DNA of 64,000 nucleotides, taken from NCBI GenBank assembly GCA_035516795.1, contig DATIZX010000088.1, positions 36,750 to 100,749 on the forward strand, written 5' to 3'. This DNA is from Verrucomicrobiia bacterium. Its GTDB lineage: Bacteria; Verrucomicrobiota; Verrucomicrobiia; Palsa-1439. Below the pieces are notes generated by a model, which had not been told where the DNA came from, did not search any database, and saw nothing but the letters and a program-made list of their open reading frames with translations. Both the position numbers and the translations under genes were made by a program. Position 1 is the first letter of the stretch, and every line of letters begins with the position of its first letter. Below are positions 20,243 through 29,468 of the stretch, in pieces.

Positions 20243-21100
20243 TTAAACAGGCCGATCTCCCTTCGCAATCGGCGCGTTGACAAGATTGCCCCATTCTGTC
20301 CAGGAACCGTCGTAGTTCTTCACGCTGGGGTAACCCAGCAGATACTTTAGGACAAACCATGAATGGGCTGAACGTTCGCCGATGCGGCAATACGCAATGG
20401 TGTTATCGTACGGGGTCACACCCCGGTCGCGATACACCTCCAAGAGTGCGTCATGCTCTTTGAACGTGCCGTCTTCGTTGACGGCGAGCGCCCACGGCAC
20501 ATTGTGCGCCGTTGGAATATGGCCGCCGCGTTGCGCTGTCTCATTCATTCCCGGCGGGGCGATGACTTTGCCGCTGTACTCGTCGGAGGAACGCACATCC
20601 ACAAGGTTGAACTTGCTTTCCTTGATCGCCGCCATGACATCTTCTCGAAACGCACGTAACGACGTGTCAGGATCGGAAGCAACATACGGGGTGGGAGAAT
20701 ACTTGGGCACCTTTTTGGTGAACGGCCGGTTCTGAGCCTGCCAAAGTTTGCGTCCGCCATTCATGATACAGGCGTTTTTATGGCCGTAGAGTTTCATTTG
20801 CCAAAACGCATAGCAGGCAAACCAATTGTTGTTGTCGCCATACAACACCACGGTCGTTTCTTTTCGAATCCCCGACGCGGTCATGAGTTTGGCGAATTCT
20901 GCCTTGGTGAGAACGTCGCGACGAATGTTATCGCAGAGTTGACTCTGCCAATTCCAGCCGACGGCGCCCGGAATATGCCCCTGCTCGTAGGCGGAAGTGT
21001 CCACATCAACTTCCACCAGCCGCATGTTCTTGTCAGCTTTATGCTTATCGACCCAGTCGGTCGAGACGAGAACCTCTGGATGAGCATATGTCTTCGTCAT
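20243..21100 (-). CDS. Tandem-domain thiosulfate sulfurtransferase (rhodanese)
   Basis: AGGAG RBS; LVSTDWV, GHIPGAV, GGHIP, AYCRIGERS, NYDGSWTEW. Confidence 0.93.
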   Translation of the reverse strand: MTKTYAHPEVLVSTDWVDKHKADKNMRLVEVDVDTSAYEQGHIPGAVGWNWQSQLCDNIRRDVLTKAEFAKLMTASGIRKETTVVLYGDNNNWFACYAFWQMKLYGHKNACIMNGGRKLWQAQNRPFTKKVPKYSPTPYVASDPDTSLRAFREDVMAAIKESKFNLVDVRSSDEYSGKVIAPPGMNETAQRGGHIPTAHNVPWALAVNEDGTFKEHDALLEVYRDRGVTPYDNTIAYCRIGERSAHSWFVLKYLLGYPSVKNYDGSWTEWGNLVNAPIAKGDRPV

Positions 21101-21170
21101 GGATGAATCTCCTGATTTGTGCTTTGCCAGCCAACGTAAGAAATTCCCAATTGAACGCCTGCCGCCGCGA

Positions 21171-21198
21171 AGTATACCACATCGCACATTGACGGCAA
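21171..21198 (-). promoter_or_regulatory. Candidate sigma70 promoter for the sulfurtransferase-cysM operon
   Basis: Minus strand TTGCCG-16nt-TATACT with an extended -10 TG. Confidence 0.5.
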
Positions 21199-21276
21199 TC
21201 ACCGTTTACGACCAGCAGTACCGGGATAATTGAGGCAGTTGGAAGTATTGAAGAGAGTTGAGAGCGCAGCCAAAGC

Positions 21277-21352
21277 TGGTGGAGATGAGGGGATTCGAAC
21301 CCCTGACCTCCTCGTTGCGAACGAGGCGCTCTCCCAACTGAGCTACATCCCC
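21277..21352 (-). tRNA. tRNA-Ala(CGC)
   Basis: GGGGATGTAGCTCAGTTGGGAGAGCGCCTCGTTCGCAACGAGGAGGTCAGGGGTTCGAATCCCCTCATCTCCACCA; cloverleaf, anticodon CGC, encoded CCA. Confidence 0.97.
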
Positions 21353-21419
21353 AACCCGAACGCACCTTTCCAAAAATAGTCCCTTGCGTCAAGCACCCAA
21401 ACCGGGTCTTCGCAAACCG

Positions 21420-21435
21420 TGGCACAAGCCCTGCT
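21420..21435 (+). promoter_or_regulatory. Candidate sigma54 (-24/-12) promoter
   Basis: TGGCACAAGCCCTGCT has canonical GG-N10-GC spacing and lies just upstream of ORF 21448. Confidence 0.55.
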
Positions 21436-21447
21436 AAAACAGTCGGC

Positions 21448-21630
21448 ATGAAACGCAACGCGACGAAAACTGGCCGCAAAGAACCCCCAACACTCGGGGA
21501 ATTGATCTCCACTGTCAATGAATTGACACGCGACGAACAGCTTGGCGCGTTCATCGTGGCGGATCTGATCAACTCACGTAAGGTGCGTCTGGAAGGGGAG
21601 TTCGAAGGCCGCCGCGTCCTGTTTAGTTAG
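21448..21630 (+). CDS. Small hypothetical protein (60 aa)
   Basis: Fills an otherwise empty gap, has protein-like composition and is preceded by a sigma54-like motif. Confidence 0.6.
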   Translation: MKRNATKTGRKEPPTLGELISTVNELTRDEQLGAFIVADLINSRKVRLEGEFEGRRVLFS

Positions 21631-21729
21631 TTCGGAGCTGTACGGTGGTCGGGCAGCGGGTTGGTCCGCCTGGTCTGCTCTGAGAAAAATCTGCCCTTTC
21701 ATGCTCATTTTTGCCACACTGGCGCAAAA

Positions 21730-22533
21730 ATGAGCATCTTTTTTCGTGATCGACACAAAGTTGTCATTGGCGTGGTTCATCTTCCGCCTCTGCCCGGTTC
21801 GCCGCGATGGGGTGGTAACCTTCGATTCACTGTCGACCATGCGGTCGCTGATGCCAGGGCTTACGCACGTGGCGGCGTCGACGCAGTAATCATCGAAAAC
21901 TTTGGAGACGCGCCATTCGCCAAAAGCAATGTCGGTCCCGAAACTGTGGCGGCCATGGCCGTCGCGGGTTCTGCCATCCGTGCGACGGTTAGTATTCCCA
22001 TCGGTTTCAATGTTCTGCGCAATGACGCCCATTCCGCCCTCGCCTTGTGCGCTGCGTGCGGCGGAAGTTTTGTGCGCGTCAACGTCCATTCCGGGGCGAT
22101 GCTGACGGACCAGGGCATCATCGAAGGCGACGCGTTTAACACGGTTCGCTATCGGCAACGGATTTGCCCGGAAGCGCTCTTGTTTGCGGATATCCACGTC
22201 AAACACGCCGTGCCACTTGGCGACTTCGCCATTGAAGACTCGGCGCACGATACGCTCGATCGCGGCGCTGCCGACGCCCTGATTATCTCTGGCACAGGCA
22301 CCGGCGTGGCGGCGGACATAGCTGATGTTCAACGGGTCCGACACGCTTGTCCCAAGGCGAAAATCCTGATCGGCAGCGGGATTACAGTTGAAAACGCGGC
22401 TGAGTTTCTGCAATTCGCGGACGGGGTCATCGTTGGCACTTCTCTGAAGGTTGCGGGCAAGCTCTTCAACCCTGTCGACTTCCGGCGCGTGGCTGCTCTC
22501 GTCAAGAAGGTGCGCGGGCGCTCTCGTTCGTAG
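21730..22533 (+). CDS. BtpA/SgcQ family protein
   Basis: VIGVVHLPPLPGSP, IENFGDAPF, GFNVLRND, ADIHVKHA, ADALIISGTGTG, DGVIVGT. Confidence 0.92.
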   Translation: MSIFFRDRHKVVIGVVHLPPLPGSPRWGGNLRFTVDHAVADARAYARGGVDAVIIENFGDAPFAKSNVGPETVAAMAVAGSAIRATVSIPIGFNVLRNDAHSALALCAACGGSFVRVNVHSGAMLTDQGIIEGDAFNTVRYRQRICPEALLFADIHVKHAVPLGDFAIEDSAHDTLDRGAADALIISGTGTGVAADIADVQRVRHACPKAKILIGSGITVENAAEFLQFADGVIVGTSLKVAGKLFNPVDFRRVAALVKKVRGRSRS

Positions 22534-22559
22534 CAGGATGTGCCCCGCGTCTCAGCCGG

Positions 22560-22877
22560 TTATTTGCCGGAAGCTTTTTTCCGCAGCTTGGCGGCAAAGT
22601 CCTCACTCATGAATTGACTGCGGAACAGCTCCTGCCGGTAGCGTTTGGAAGCGCGCCGCACCAAGAGCACGTCCCAAAGAGCGATCAGGATGGCGGCAAT
22701 GGTCAGGAGCAGGCACCAACTCCAATAGATAAGGAATCGTGGGCCATGCAGTCGATCCGCAAGAACTGTCGAGCCGAGGACGACCATCACGGCGCAGGAG
22801 GACAGCACCACGGCACCCACATACCGCAAAATGCGCTGGGCATGAGAGAGCCGGAGTTTCTCGGGATTGGCGGTCAT
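22560..22877 (-). CDS. Hypothetical two-TM membrane protein
   Basis: Two hydrophobic segments; abuts the ABC ATPase gene on the same strand. Confidence 0.65.
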   Translation of the reverse strand: MTANPEKLRLSHAQRILRYVGAVVLSSCAVMVVLGSTVLADRLHGPRFLIYWSWCLLLTIAAILIALWDVLLVRRASKRYRQELFRSQFMSEDFAAKLRKKASGK

Positions 22878-22899
22878 GACGCCTGCTGGTCCCGAGCAC

Positions 22900-24030
22900 T
22901 CACACGATTATCTGCTCGGTTTGTGCATCAAAGAAATGACATTTTGATGCGTCGAAAACCATATCCAGTCGCTGGCCGATATCGGCTGTCACGTGTGAAT
23001 TGACGCGCGCAACAAAGCTGTGGCTGACCGTAGTCAGATGCAAATAAACCTCCGCCCCCATGGGTTCAACTACTTCAACCGTGGCGGGAATCCTCTGGTC
23101 CGTTTGCCCAGGCGAGGTGCTGCGGTTGTGATCGAAGTCTTCCGCCCGAATGCCCAAAACGACAGCTTGGCCCATGCGTCCGGCCAGCCTCTTCGCCTTG
23201 TCATCGGGGACGCGAACACCAAAGCGCTCGTGACTGCCACCTTCGACAGCCTGTTCGATAAACCATAGGGCGCCTTGGCGTTGCCCAATCACGCCCTTGA
23301 AGAAGTTCATGGGAGGCGAGCCAATAAAACCGGCCACGAACATGTTCTTCGGATTGTCGTACAGCGTGATCGGCTCGTCGACCTGCTGAATTACCCCGTC
23401 TTTCATGACCACAATCCGATCGCCCATGGTCATGGCTTCCACCTGGTCGTGGGTGACGTACACCATCGTCGAGTTCAGCCGGCTATGAAGTTTGGAGATT
23501 TCCGCCCGCATCTGGACGCGCATCTTGGCGTCCAGGTTCGAGAGCGGCTCGTCGAATAAGAATGCCTTGGGCTTGCGCACGATGGCGCGACCGACCGCGA
23601 CCCGCTGGCGTTGTCCGCCCGAAAGGGCTTTCGGCTTGCGCTGCAATTGTTCGTCGGTGATGCCGAGGATCTGCGCGGCTTCGCGAACGCGTTGGTCGAT
23701 TTCCTTCTTCGGATATTTCCGCAGCATCAAGCCAAACGCCATGTTCTTGTACACCGTCATGTGCGGATACAGCGCGTAATTCTGGAAGACCATGGCAATA
23801 TCGCGGTCCTTGGGCGGAACGTCGTTGACGCGACGGTCGTCGATGTAGATGTTGCCGCTGGTGACCTCTTCGAGACCGGCAATCATCCGCAACATGGTGG
23901 ACTTGCCACAACCGGATGGCCCGACGAGCACCACGAATTCCCGATCCTGGATTTCCAGATTCGTGCGATCGACCGCCGTGACGCCGCCAGGATATACTTT
24001 ACAGACGTTTTCGAGGAAAACTTTTGCCAC
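22900..24030 (-). CDS. MalK/UgpC-family sugar ABC transporter ATP-binding protein with TOBE domain
   Basis: Walker A GPSGCGKST, VFQNYALYPHM, LSGGQRQR, FLFDEPLSNLD, YVTHDQ. Confidence 0.95.
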   Translation of the reverse strand: MAKVFLENVCKVYPGGVTAVDRTNLEIQDREFVVLVGPSGCGKSTMLRMIAGLEEVTSGNIYIDDRRVNDVPPKDRDIAMVFQNYALYPHMTVYKNMAFGLMLRKYPKKEIDQRVREAAQILGITDEQLQRKPKALSGGQRQRVAVGRAIVRKPKAFLFDEPLSNLDAKMRVQMRAEISKLHSRLNSTMVYVTHDQVEAMTMGDRIVVMKDGVIQQVDEPITLYDNPKNMFVAGFIGSPPMNFFKGVIGQRQGALWFIEQAVEGGSHERFGVRVPDDKAKRLAGRMGQAVVLGIRAEDFDHNRSTSPGQTDQRIPATVEVVEPMGAEVYLHLTTVSHSFVARVNSHVTADIGQRLDMVFDASKCHFFDAQTEQIIV

Positions 24031-24099
24031 GTAGCACCTTCCAGTTGACCGGTTTGACTTTTTCTAACCAACCCGGCGCGGCGTGTCAAACATTCGGTT

Positions 24100-24127
24100 T
24101 TGCGCCCCGGAGGGTAGATGTTATACT
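24100..24127 (+). promoter_or_regulatory. Candidate sigma70 promoter upstream of the DUF374-purE unit
   Basis: TTGCGC-16nt-TATACT with an extended -10 TG. Confidence 0.4.
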
Positions 24128-24252
24128 GCGGAGTTCATGACCAAATTCCGCAAGATTTTCTGGCAGCATCTTCGGTTGCTCAGCTATGTGCAGCCTTGTG
24201 GCGGACCACTGGCCGCGAATGATCGCGGCTGAGCGAGCGTTGGGGTACTGAG

Positions 24253-24945
24253 ATGACGCAGCGTGACAAAGCTCCACATCCATCTTCGGCACTTCAGCGC
24301 TCCAGCGCTCGCGTTCTCTATTGGGGGCTGGGGTGGTTGCTCCGGGTTCTTGTCTCCCTCATCGGTAGCACAGTGCGCTGGCGCATTGAGGATCCTGCAG
24401 GATTCCTGGCCAACACGCCGCAACGCTCCTGCATCTTCGTGTTTTGGCATAACCGTATCTTCCTGATGCCGTATCTGTTTCGAAAGCACTGGCACACCCG
24501 ACAGCGCGACCGCGTCGCGGTACTTGTCAGCGCCAGCAAAGACGGCGAACATCTGGCGCGCGTGCTCAGCAAATTTAACCTCATTTGCGTGCGAGGCTCC
24601 AGCAGCCGACGAGGAAAGGAGGCGCTACGCGAGTTGGCGCGATTGGTGGAAGAAGGCTATGACGTGGGCATCACGCCGGACGGTCCACGAGGACCGAAAT
24701 ACCACTGCCAGGACGGGGTGATCAGTCTTTCCCAGCTTACCCAGGCGCCGATCATCGCCTTGTCATACGACCTTTCTCGAAAGATTACCGTCAATAGCTG
24801 GGACAACTTCATGATCCCGTTGCCATTCGCTCGCGCCACCCTGCGCATCGCGTCCCTGATGGCGGTGCCGCCCAATGCGGGCGATGCGCAACGCGAGCAG
24901 AAAAGACTTGAAGTCGAGAAGGCTTTGAGGTCTTTGTCTGGCTGA
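24253..24945 (+). CDS. DUF374 / lysophospholipid acyltransferase-like protein
   Basis: [39 protein letters not shown]. Confidence 0.9.
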   Translation: MTQRDKAPHPSSALQRSSARVLYWGLGWLLRVLVSLIGSTVRWRIEDPAGFLANTPQRSCIFVFWHNRIFLMPYLFRKHWHTRQRDRVAVLVSASKDGEHLARVLSKFNLICVRGSSSRRGKEALRELARLVEEGYDVGITPDGPRGPKYHCQDGVISLSQLTQAPIIALSYDLSRKITVNSWDNFMIPLPFARATLRIASLMAVPPNAGDAQREQKRLEVEKALRSLSG

Positions 24946-24962
24946 GGTCGGTTCCTCAATTT

Positions 24963-25460
24963 ATGAGTGGAGGCGGAAAACCTTTGGTTGGAATTCTAAT
25001 GGGCAGCGACTCGGATTGGCCCACGATGAAGTTGGCCGCCGACGCCTGCGCAGAATTTGGCGTGGAGGCAGAGTCGCATGTGATGAGCGCCCATCGGACG
25101 CCTGACGACGTGGCCGAGTACGCCCGTGCCGCACATGCGCGGGGGCTGCGCGTATTGATCGCGGGAGCCGGTGGCGCGGCGCATTTGGCGGGAGTTGTGG
25201 CGGCGCATACGCCCTTGCCGGTAATCGGTGTGCCCATTGAATCCAAATCGTTGAAGGGAATGGATTCGCTGCTGTCCATCGTGCAGATGCCCGCCGGAGT
25301 GCCCGTCGCAACTGTTGCGATCGGTGCTGCTCGCAACGCGGGATTATTGGCGATACAGATTTTGGCGATTAGCGACGCGAACCTGCTGTCCAGATACCGG
25401 GAATTCAAGTGTCGATTGGCTGAGGAATCCCGTGCCAAGAACGCAAGAATTCAAAGTTAA
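24963..25460 (+). CDS. purE: N5-carboxyaminoimidazole ribonucleotide mutase
   Basis: [37 protein letters not shown]. Confidence 0.97.
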   Translation: MSGGGKPLVGILMGSDSDWPTMKLAADACAEFGVEAESHVMSAHRTPDDVAEYARAAHARGLRVLIAGAGGAAHLAGVVAAHTPLPVIGVPIESKSLKGMDSLLSIVQMPAGVPVATVAIGAARNAGLLAIQILAISDANLLSRYREFKCRLAEESRAKNARIQS

Positions 25461-25680
25461 ATTGTCCCGGTGTTGCCTTGCAAGTTAGATATTTCCTGGC
25501 TTGCAGCGTTTAGCACACAGGGTGTTGATATTTTTGAGCGAAGCTGCTAGAGTTGATGTCGAATATTATTGAAGGGTGCGGGTGTCTGTGAACATCCCAC
25601 GATGGTGGCTGCGCTTCTCCTAGCCTCACCTGGCCTCACCCAGGACACCGCCGTCTAGTTCACGGGCGCCCCACTCTTCT

Positions 25681-26271
25681 TTATAGTCTCCCGCGCTCCT
25701 TATAGACTTTATAGTTCTCCAAGACTTCGGAAACATACTGGCGCACAGCGGGATTGGAGATCGCATCGATAAACTCTGCGGTCGTTGTCTGACGTCCGTT
25801 TGGCAGCCAGCGCAACACGTTGCCCATGCCCGAGTTGTACTCCGCCAAGGCAAAGGCTAAACGTTCCTCGGGCTCTTTGTCCGGCCAACGACTCAGCGCT
25901 CGCGCCAGGTACCATGAGCCAGCTTCAATGTTAATCTGTGGGTCCCACAACGCGTCGCGCCCAAAATTGCGCCGGCCAACCGCACGCGCCCAATCCCAGC
26001 CCGCACGCTCGGTGACCTGCATCAACCCGATTTCGCCGTGACTTCCGTAAGCATACGGGTCGAACTTGCTCTCGCGTCGGATCACCGCTTTCACGAGAAA
26101 CTTATCCACGCCGTTCTGCGTGGCGATTTCTTCGATGAGCTGGTTGAATCGCTGTTCCCGGTATTGCCACCGCCAATACACGACTGCGGCCGACCCGATT
26201 GCCCCCAGCACCAACGCCAAGGACACCCAGTTTCCGATTAGCGTTAAGCTTTTCGAACCGCGTCGTGACAT
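25681..26271 (-). CDS. Membrane-anchored lytic transglycosylase (SLT domain)
   Basis: N-terminal TM; AVIRRESKF, GEIGLMQV, NIEAGSWYL, AEYNSG. Confidence 0.9.
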   Translation of the reverse strand: MSRRGSKSLTLIGNWVSLALVLGAIGSAAVVYWRWQYREQRFNQLIEEIATQNGVDKFLVKAVIRRESKFDPYAYGSHGEIGLMQVTERAGWDWARAVGRRNFGRDALWDPQINIEAGSWYLARALSRWPDKEPEERLAFALAEYNSGMGNVLRWLPNGRQTTTAEFIDAISNPAVRQYVSEVLENYKVYKERGRL

Positions 26272-26499
26272 GGGTGGCAATATAGCAGAGCGGGCAAGTG
26301 GAGTAATGGGGTTTTGGAGGATAACGAGAAGTTGGGACATAAGGTGGCATTGTAGAGAGCAAAGTCCGTAGGATTTAGCACCGAAGTCCTTTCTGATCGC
26401 CCGGCTGGCGACCGTTCCGGCCGCCAGCCCCACAAAGGGCTCGTGTTGAATGGGTGGCCGAAAGCCGGGTGATAGCTGACAGTCTTGTGCTTTCTGTGT

Positions 26500-28758
26500 A
26501 TGCTGGCCGCCGTGGCGAGTCCCATTGCCAAAGTCGTCGTTGATCTCGCGTTGGACCGGGAGTTTGACTACCGGATCCCGTTGCACTTGACCGAGACGGT
26601 CCAGATCGGATCGCGCGTGGCGGTGCCATTCGGGCGAACCAAAGCCCAAGGTTACGTTGTCGGGTTGACCGACAAGTCGTCTTACGACAGGCTCCGAGAA
26701 ATTGGCGAGGTGATCGGCAAGAAGCCGTTGTTGGGCGACAAGATTCTCGAACTCACGCGTTGGATGGGCAAATACTACTGTTGTCCCGTCGAACTGGCGG
26801 TGAAATGCGCGCTACCCGAAGTCGTGCGCAAGGCAAAGATCGGATGGAAAGAACGTCAGTTCGTCAGACCCGGCAAGATTTCGCCGGAGAATTTTGTCAA
26901 GCTGCGCAAACGCGCCCCGAAACAAGCTCGCGTTTTGGAAGTGCTGCAGAAGTCGGAAGGCATGTTCGTTGCCAAGCTGGTACAACGGGCCGACACGGAT
27001 GCCGGCACGATCAAGAAACTGGCGGGAAAGGGTTTTGTCGTGATTGCCGACCGCGTGGAAGAACGAGACCCATTCGGCGGCGAAGCGTTTCTTCCGACCG
27101 CCCCGTTGCCGCTGACGCCTGATCAACAGCAGGCGTTGGATCTGTGTAAGGCAGCAATTGATCAGTACTCTTCCCCATCACCGGTCACCAGTCTTCCATC
27201 ACCGATTCTCATTCACGGCGTGACCGGCAGCGGCAAAACCGAGATCTATCTGCAGGCGATCGAACACACGCTGCGTCAAGGCAAGGACTCGATCGTGCTC
27301 GTGCCCGAAATTTCATTGACGCCACAGACCGTGGAGCGTTTCCGAGCACGGTTTCAGAACCAGCAGATCACGGTATTGCACAGTCATCTCAGCGCCGGCG
27401 AACGCCACGACCAGTGGCATAAGATTCGCAATGGCGAATCACACATTGTCATCGGCGCGCGCTCGGCGGTTTTTGCCCCGGTGCAGTCATTGGGCTTGAT
27501 CGTCATCGACGAGGAACATGAGACCAGTTACAAGCAGGAGGAAGCGCCGCGCTACAACGCCCGCGACATCGCCGTCATGCGCGGCAAGATCGAACGAGCC
27601 GCCGTCGTTCTCGGCTCCGCAACACCGTCGCTGGAATCGTTCTACAATGCGCGGCGCGGCCGGTACACGCTAACGTCGTTGCCGGCCCGCGTGGACAACC
27701 AGAAGATGCCGGTGATGCGGATCATCGACATGCGGCAAGAGGCGATCCGGCAGAAGGGACTGCACGTGCTCTCGCGGAAACTGCGCGATGCGATCCAAGC
27801 CCGACTTGACAAGCGCGAGCAGGTCATCCTTTTCCTGAATCGCCGCGGATACGCAACGCATCTGTTCTGTCCCAAGTGTGGGCACGTGGCCAAGTGTCCA
27901 AATTGTAGCGTCTCCTTGACCTATCACCGCAAGGCCGCGCAACTTTTGTGTCACATGTGCGGCTACGTCGGCGGCGTGCCGAAGGTTTGTCCCAATCCGG
28001 ACTGTCGCGACCCGGCGATCCGCTACGCGGGCATGGGGACGGAAAAAGTAGAGTCGGCAATACAAAACGCATTTCCCAAGGCACGCGTGCAACGAATGGA
28101 TTCCGACATGATGACGCGCAAGACGCTTTATCGGGAAATCCTCGGTGCGTTTCGCGTGGGCAAGATCGACATCCTCGTCGGCACGCAGATGATCGCGAAA
28201 GGGTTACATTTCCCAAACGTGACGTTGGTGGGCATCATCTACGCCGATATGGCGCTGCACATGCCGGATTTTCGAGCTGGCGAACGAACGTTTCAACTGT
28301 TGGTACAAGTGGCCGGTCGGGCCGGCCGCGGCGATGTCGAGGGTGAGGTCGTCGTCCAAAGCTTCACACCGTTTCATCCCGCCGTGCAGTATGCCCGGCA
28401 ACACGATTTCATCGGATTCTACGAACAGGAGATGGAGTTTCGCGAACAATTGAAATATCCGCCCATCTCACGGCTGATTTGTATCACCGCACGCAGCCGC
28501 AGCGAAGCGAAGGCGAGCTTTTATGCACAGGCCCTGGTGCGTGAACTGCAGAAGCGGACGCCGAAAACGCTGGCTATTGTGGCCGGGCCGACGCCGGCGC
28601 CTTTGGAGAAGGTACAAAACCAATATCGATTTCAAATCATGTTGCGCAGCCAGCAAATCATGCAACTGGTCGAATCGCTCGGCCCGCTCATAACCTCCTT
28701 CAAGCCGCCCGAAGACGTCAACGTCAGCGTAGACGTTGATCCAATTTCACTGCTATGA
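26500..28758 (+). CDS. priA: Primosomal protein N' (replication restart helicase)
   Basis: HGVTGSGKTE, LVPEISLTPQ, IDEEHE.SYKQ, SATPSLES, LNRRGY, four CxxC, GTQMIAKGLHFP. Confidence 0.97.
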   Translation: MLAAVASPIAKVVVDLALDREFDYRIPLHLTETVQIGSRVAVPFGRTKAQGYVVGLTDKSSYDRLREIGEVIGKKPLLGDKILELTRWMGKYYCCPVELAVKCALPEVVRKAKIGWKERQFVRPGKISPENFVKLRKRAPKQARVLEVLQKSEGMFVAKLVQRADTDAGTIKKLAGKGFVVIADRVEERDPFGGEAFLPTAPLPLTPDQQQALDLCKAAIDQYSSPSPVTSLPSPILIHGVTGSGKTEIYLQAIEHTLRQGKDSIVLVPEISLTPQTVERFRARFQNQQITVLHSHLSAGERHDQWHKIRNGESHIVIGARSAVFAPVQSLGLIVIDEEHETSYKQEEAPRYNARDIAVMRGKIERAAVVLGSATPSLESFYNARRGRYTLTSLPARVDNQKMPVMRIIDMRQEAIRQKGLHVLSRKLRDAIQARLDKREQVILFLNRRGYATHLFCPKCGHVAKCPNCSVSLTYHRKAAQLLCHMCGYVGGVPKVCPNPDCRDPAIRYAGMGTEKVESAIQNAFPKARVQRMDSDMMTRKTLYREILGAFRVGKIDILVGTQMIAKGLHFPNVTLVGIIYADMALHMPDFRAGERTFQLLVQVAGRAGRGDVEGEVVVQSFTPFHPAVQYARQHDFIGFYEQEMEFREQLKYPPISRLICITARSRSEAKASFYAQALVRELQKRTPKTLAIVAGPTPAPLEKVQNQYRFQIMLRSQQIMQLVESLGPLITSFKPPEDVNVSVDVDPISLL

Positions 28759-29468
28759 ACTGCGGCCTGTTTGTCACCGGGACGGACACAGGCGTGGGCA
28801 AGACGTACGTGACCGCATTGATATTGGCCGAGCTGCGCCGACGTGGCGTAAACGCGGCGGCATTCAAACCCATTTCTTGCGGGGCAGGCGGGCGCAACGA
28901 TGCCAAAATCTATGCCGGCATCATGAACGATGAGGTCCCGCTTGATGCTATCAATCCCATTTATCTGCGGCATCCCTTGGCGCCGAGTGTCGCTGCGCGC
29001 CTCGAGCGCCGTCGGCTCGATTTGCGTCCGATCTTTTCCAGTTACCGGTCGCTGATCAGCGTACACCAAATCGTACTTGTCGAAGGCGCCGGTGGTTTGC
29101 TGGTGCCGATTCGGAAAGGCTATTACGTGGCGGACCTAGCGAAGGCGATGGACTTGCCATTGATCATCGTTGCCCGACTTGGTTTGGGCACGATAAACCA
29201 CAGTCTACTGACCATCCAAGAGGCACGAGCCCACGGGCTCAAGATTGCCGGCATCGTACTCAATGATACTGTCGGAGGACATCGTGGCCTGGCGGAGAAG
29301 ACGAACATCGAAACTGTTCCCTCACTCTGCCGCGTTCCGCTCCTGGGAATTGTGGCGCACGGAAAAGATGGTGCGGCCGCTGCGGCACGCCGAATCTGTC
29401 GTCGATTGTTCAGAGCCAGCCGCTACCCGCGCGGCAGGAACTCTTGCAGGAATTCCACCGGATCGTAA
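28755..29468 (+). CDS. bioD: Dethiobiotin synthase
   Basis: FVTGTDTGVGKT, FKPISCG, VEGAGG, LGTINHSLLT. Confidence 0.95.
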   Translation: MNCGLFVTGTDTGVGKTYVTALILAELRRRGVNAAAFKPISCGAGGRNDAKIYAGIMNDEVPLDAINPIYLRHPLAPSVAARLERRRLDLRPIFSSYRSLISVHQIVLVEGAGGLLVPIRKGYYVADLAKAMDLPLIIVARLGLGTINHSLLTIQEARAHGLKIAGIVLNDTVGGHRGLAEKTNIETVPSLCRVPLLGIVAHGKDGAAAAARRICRRLFRASRYPRGRNSCRNSTGS

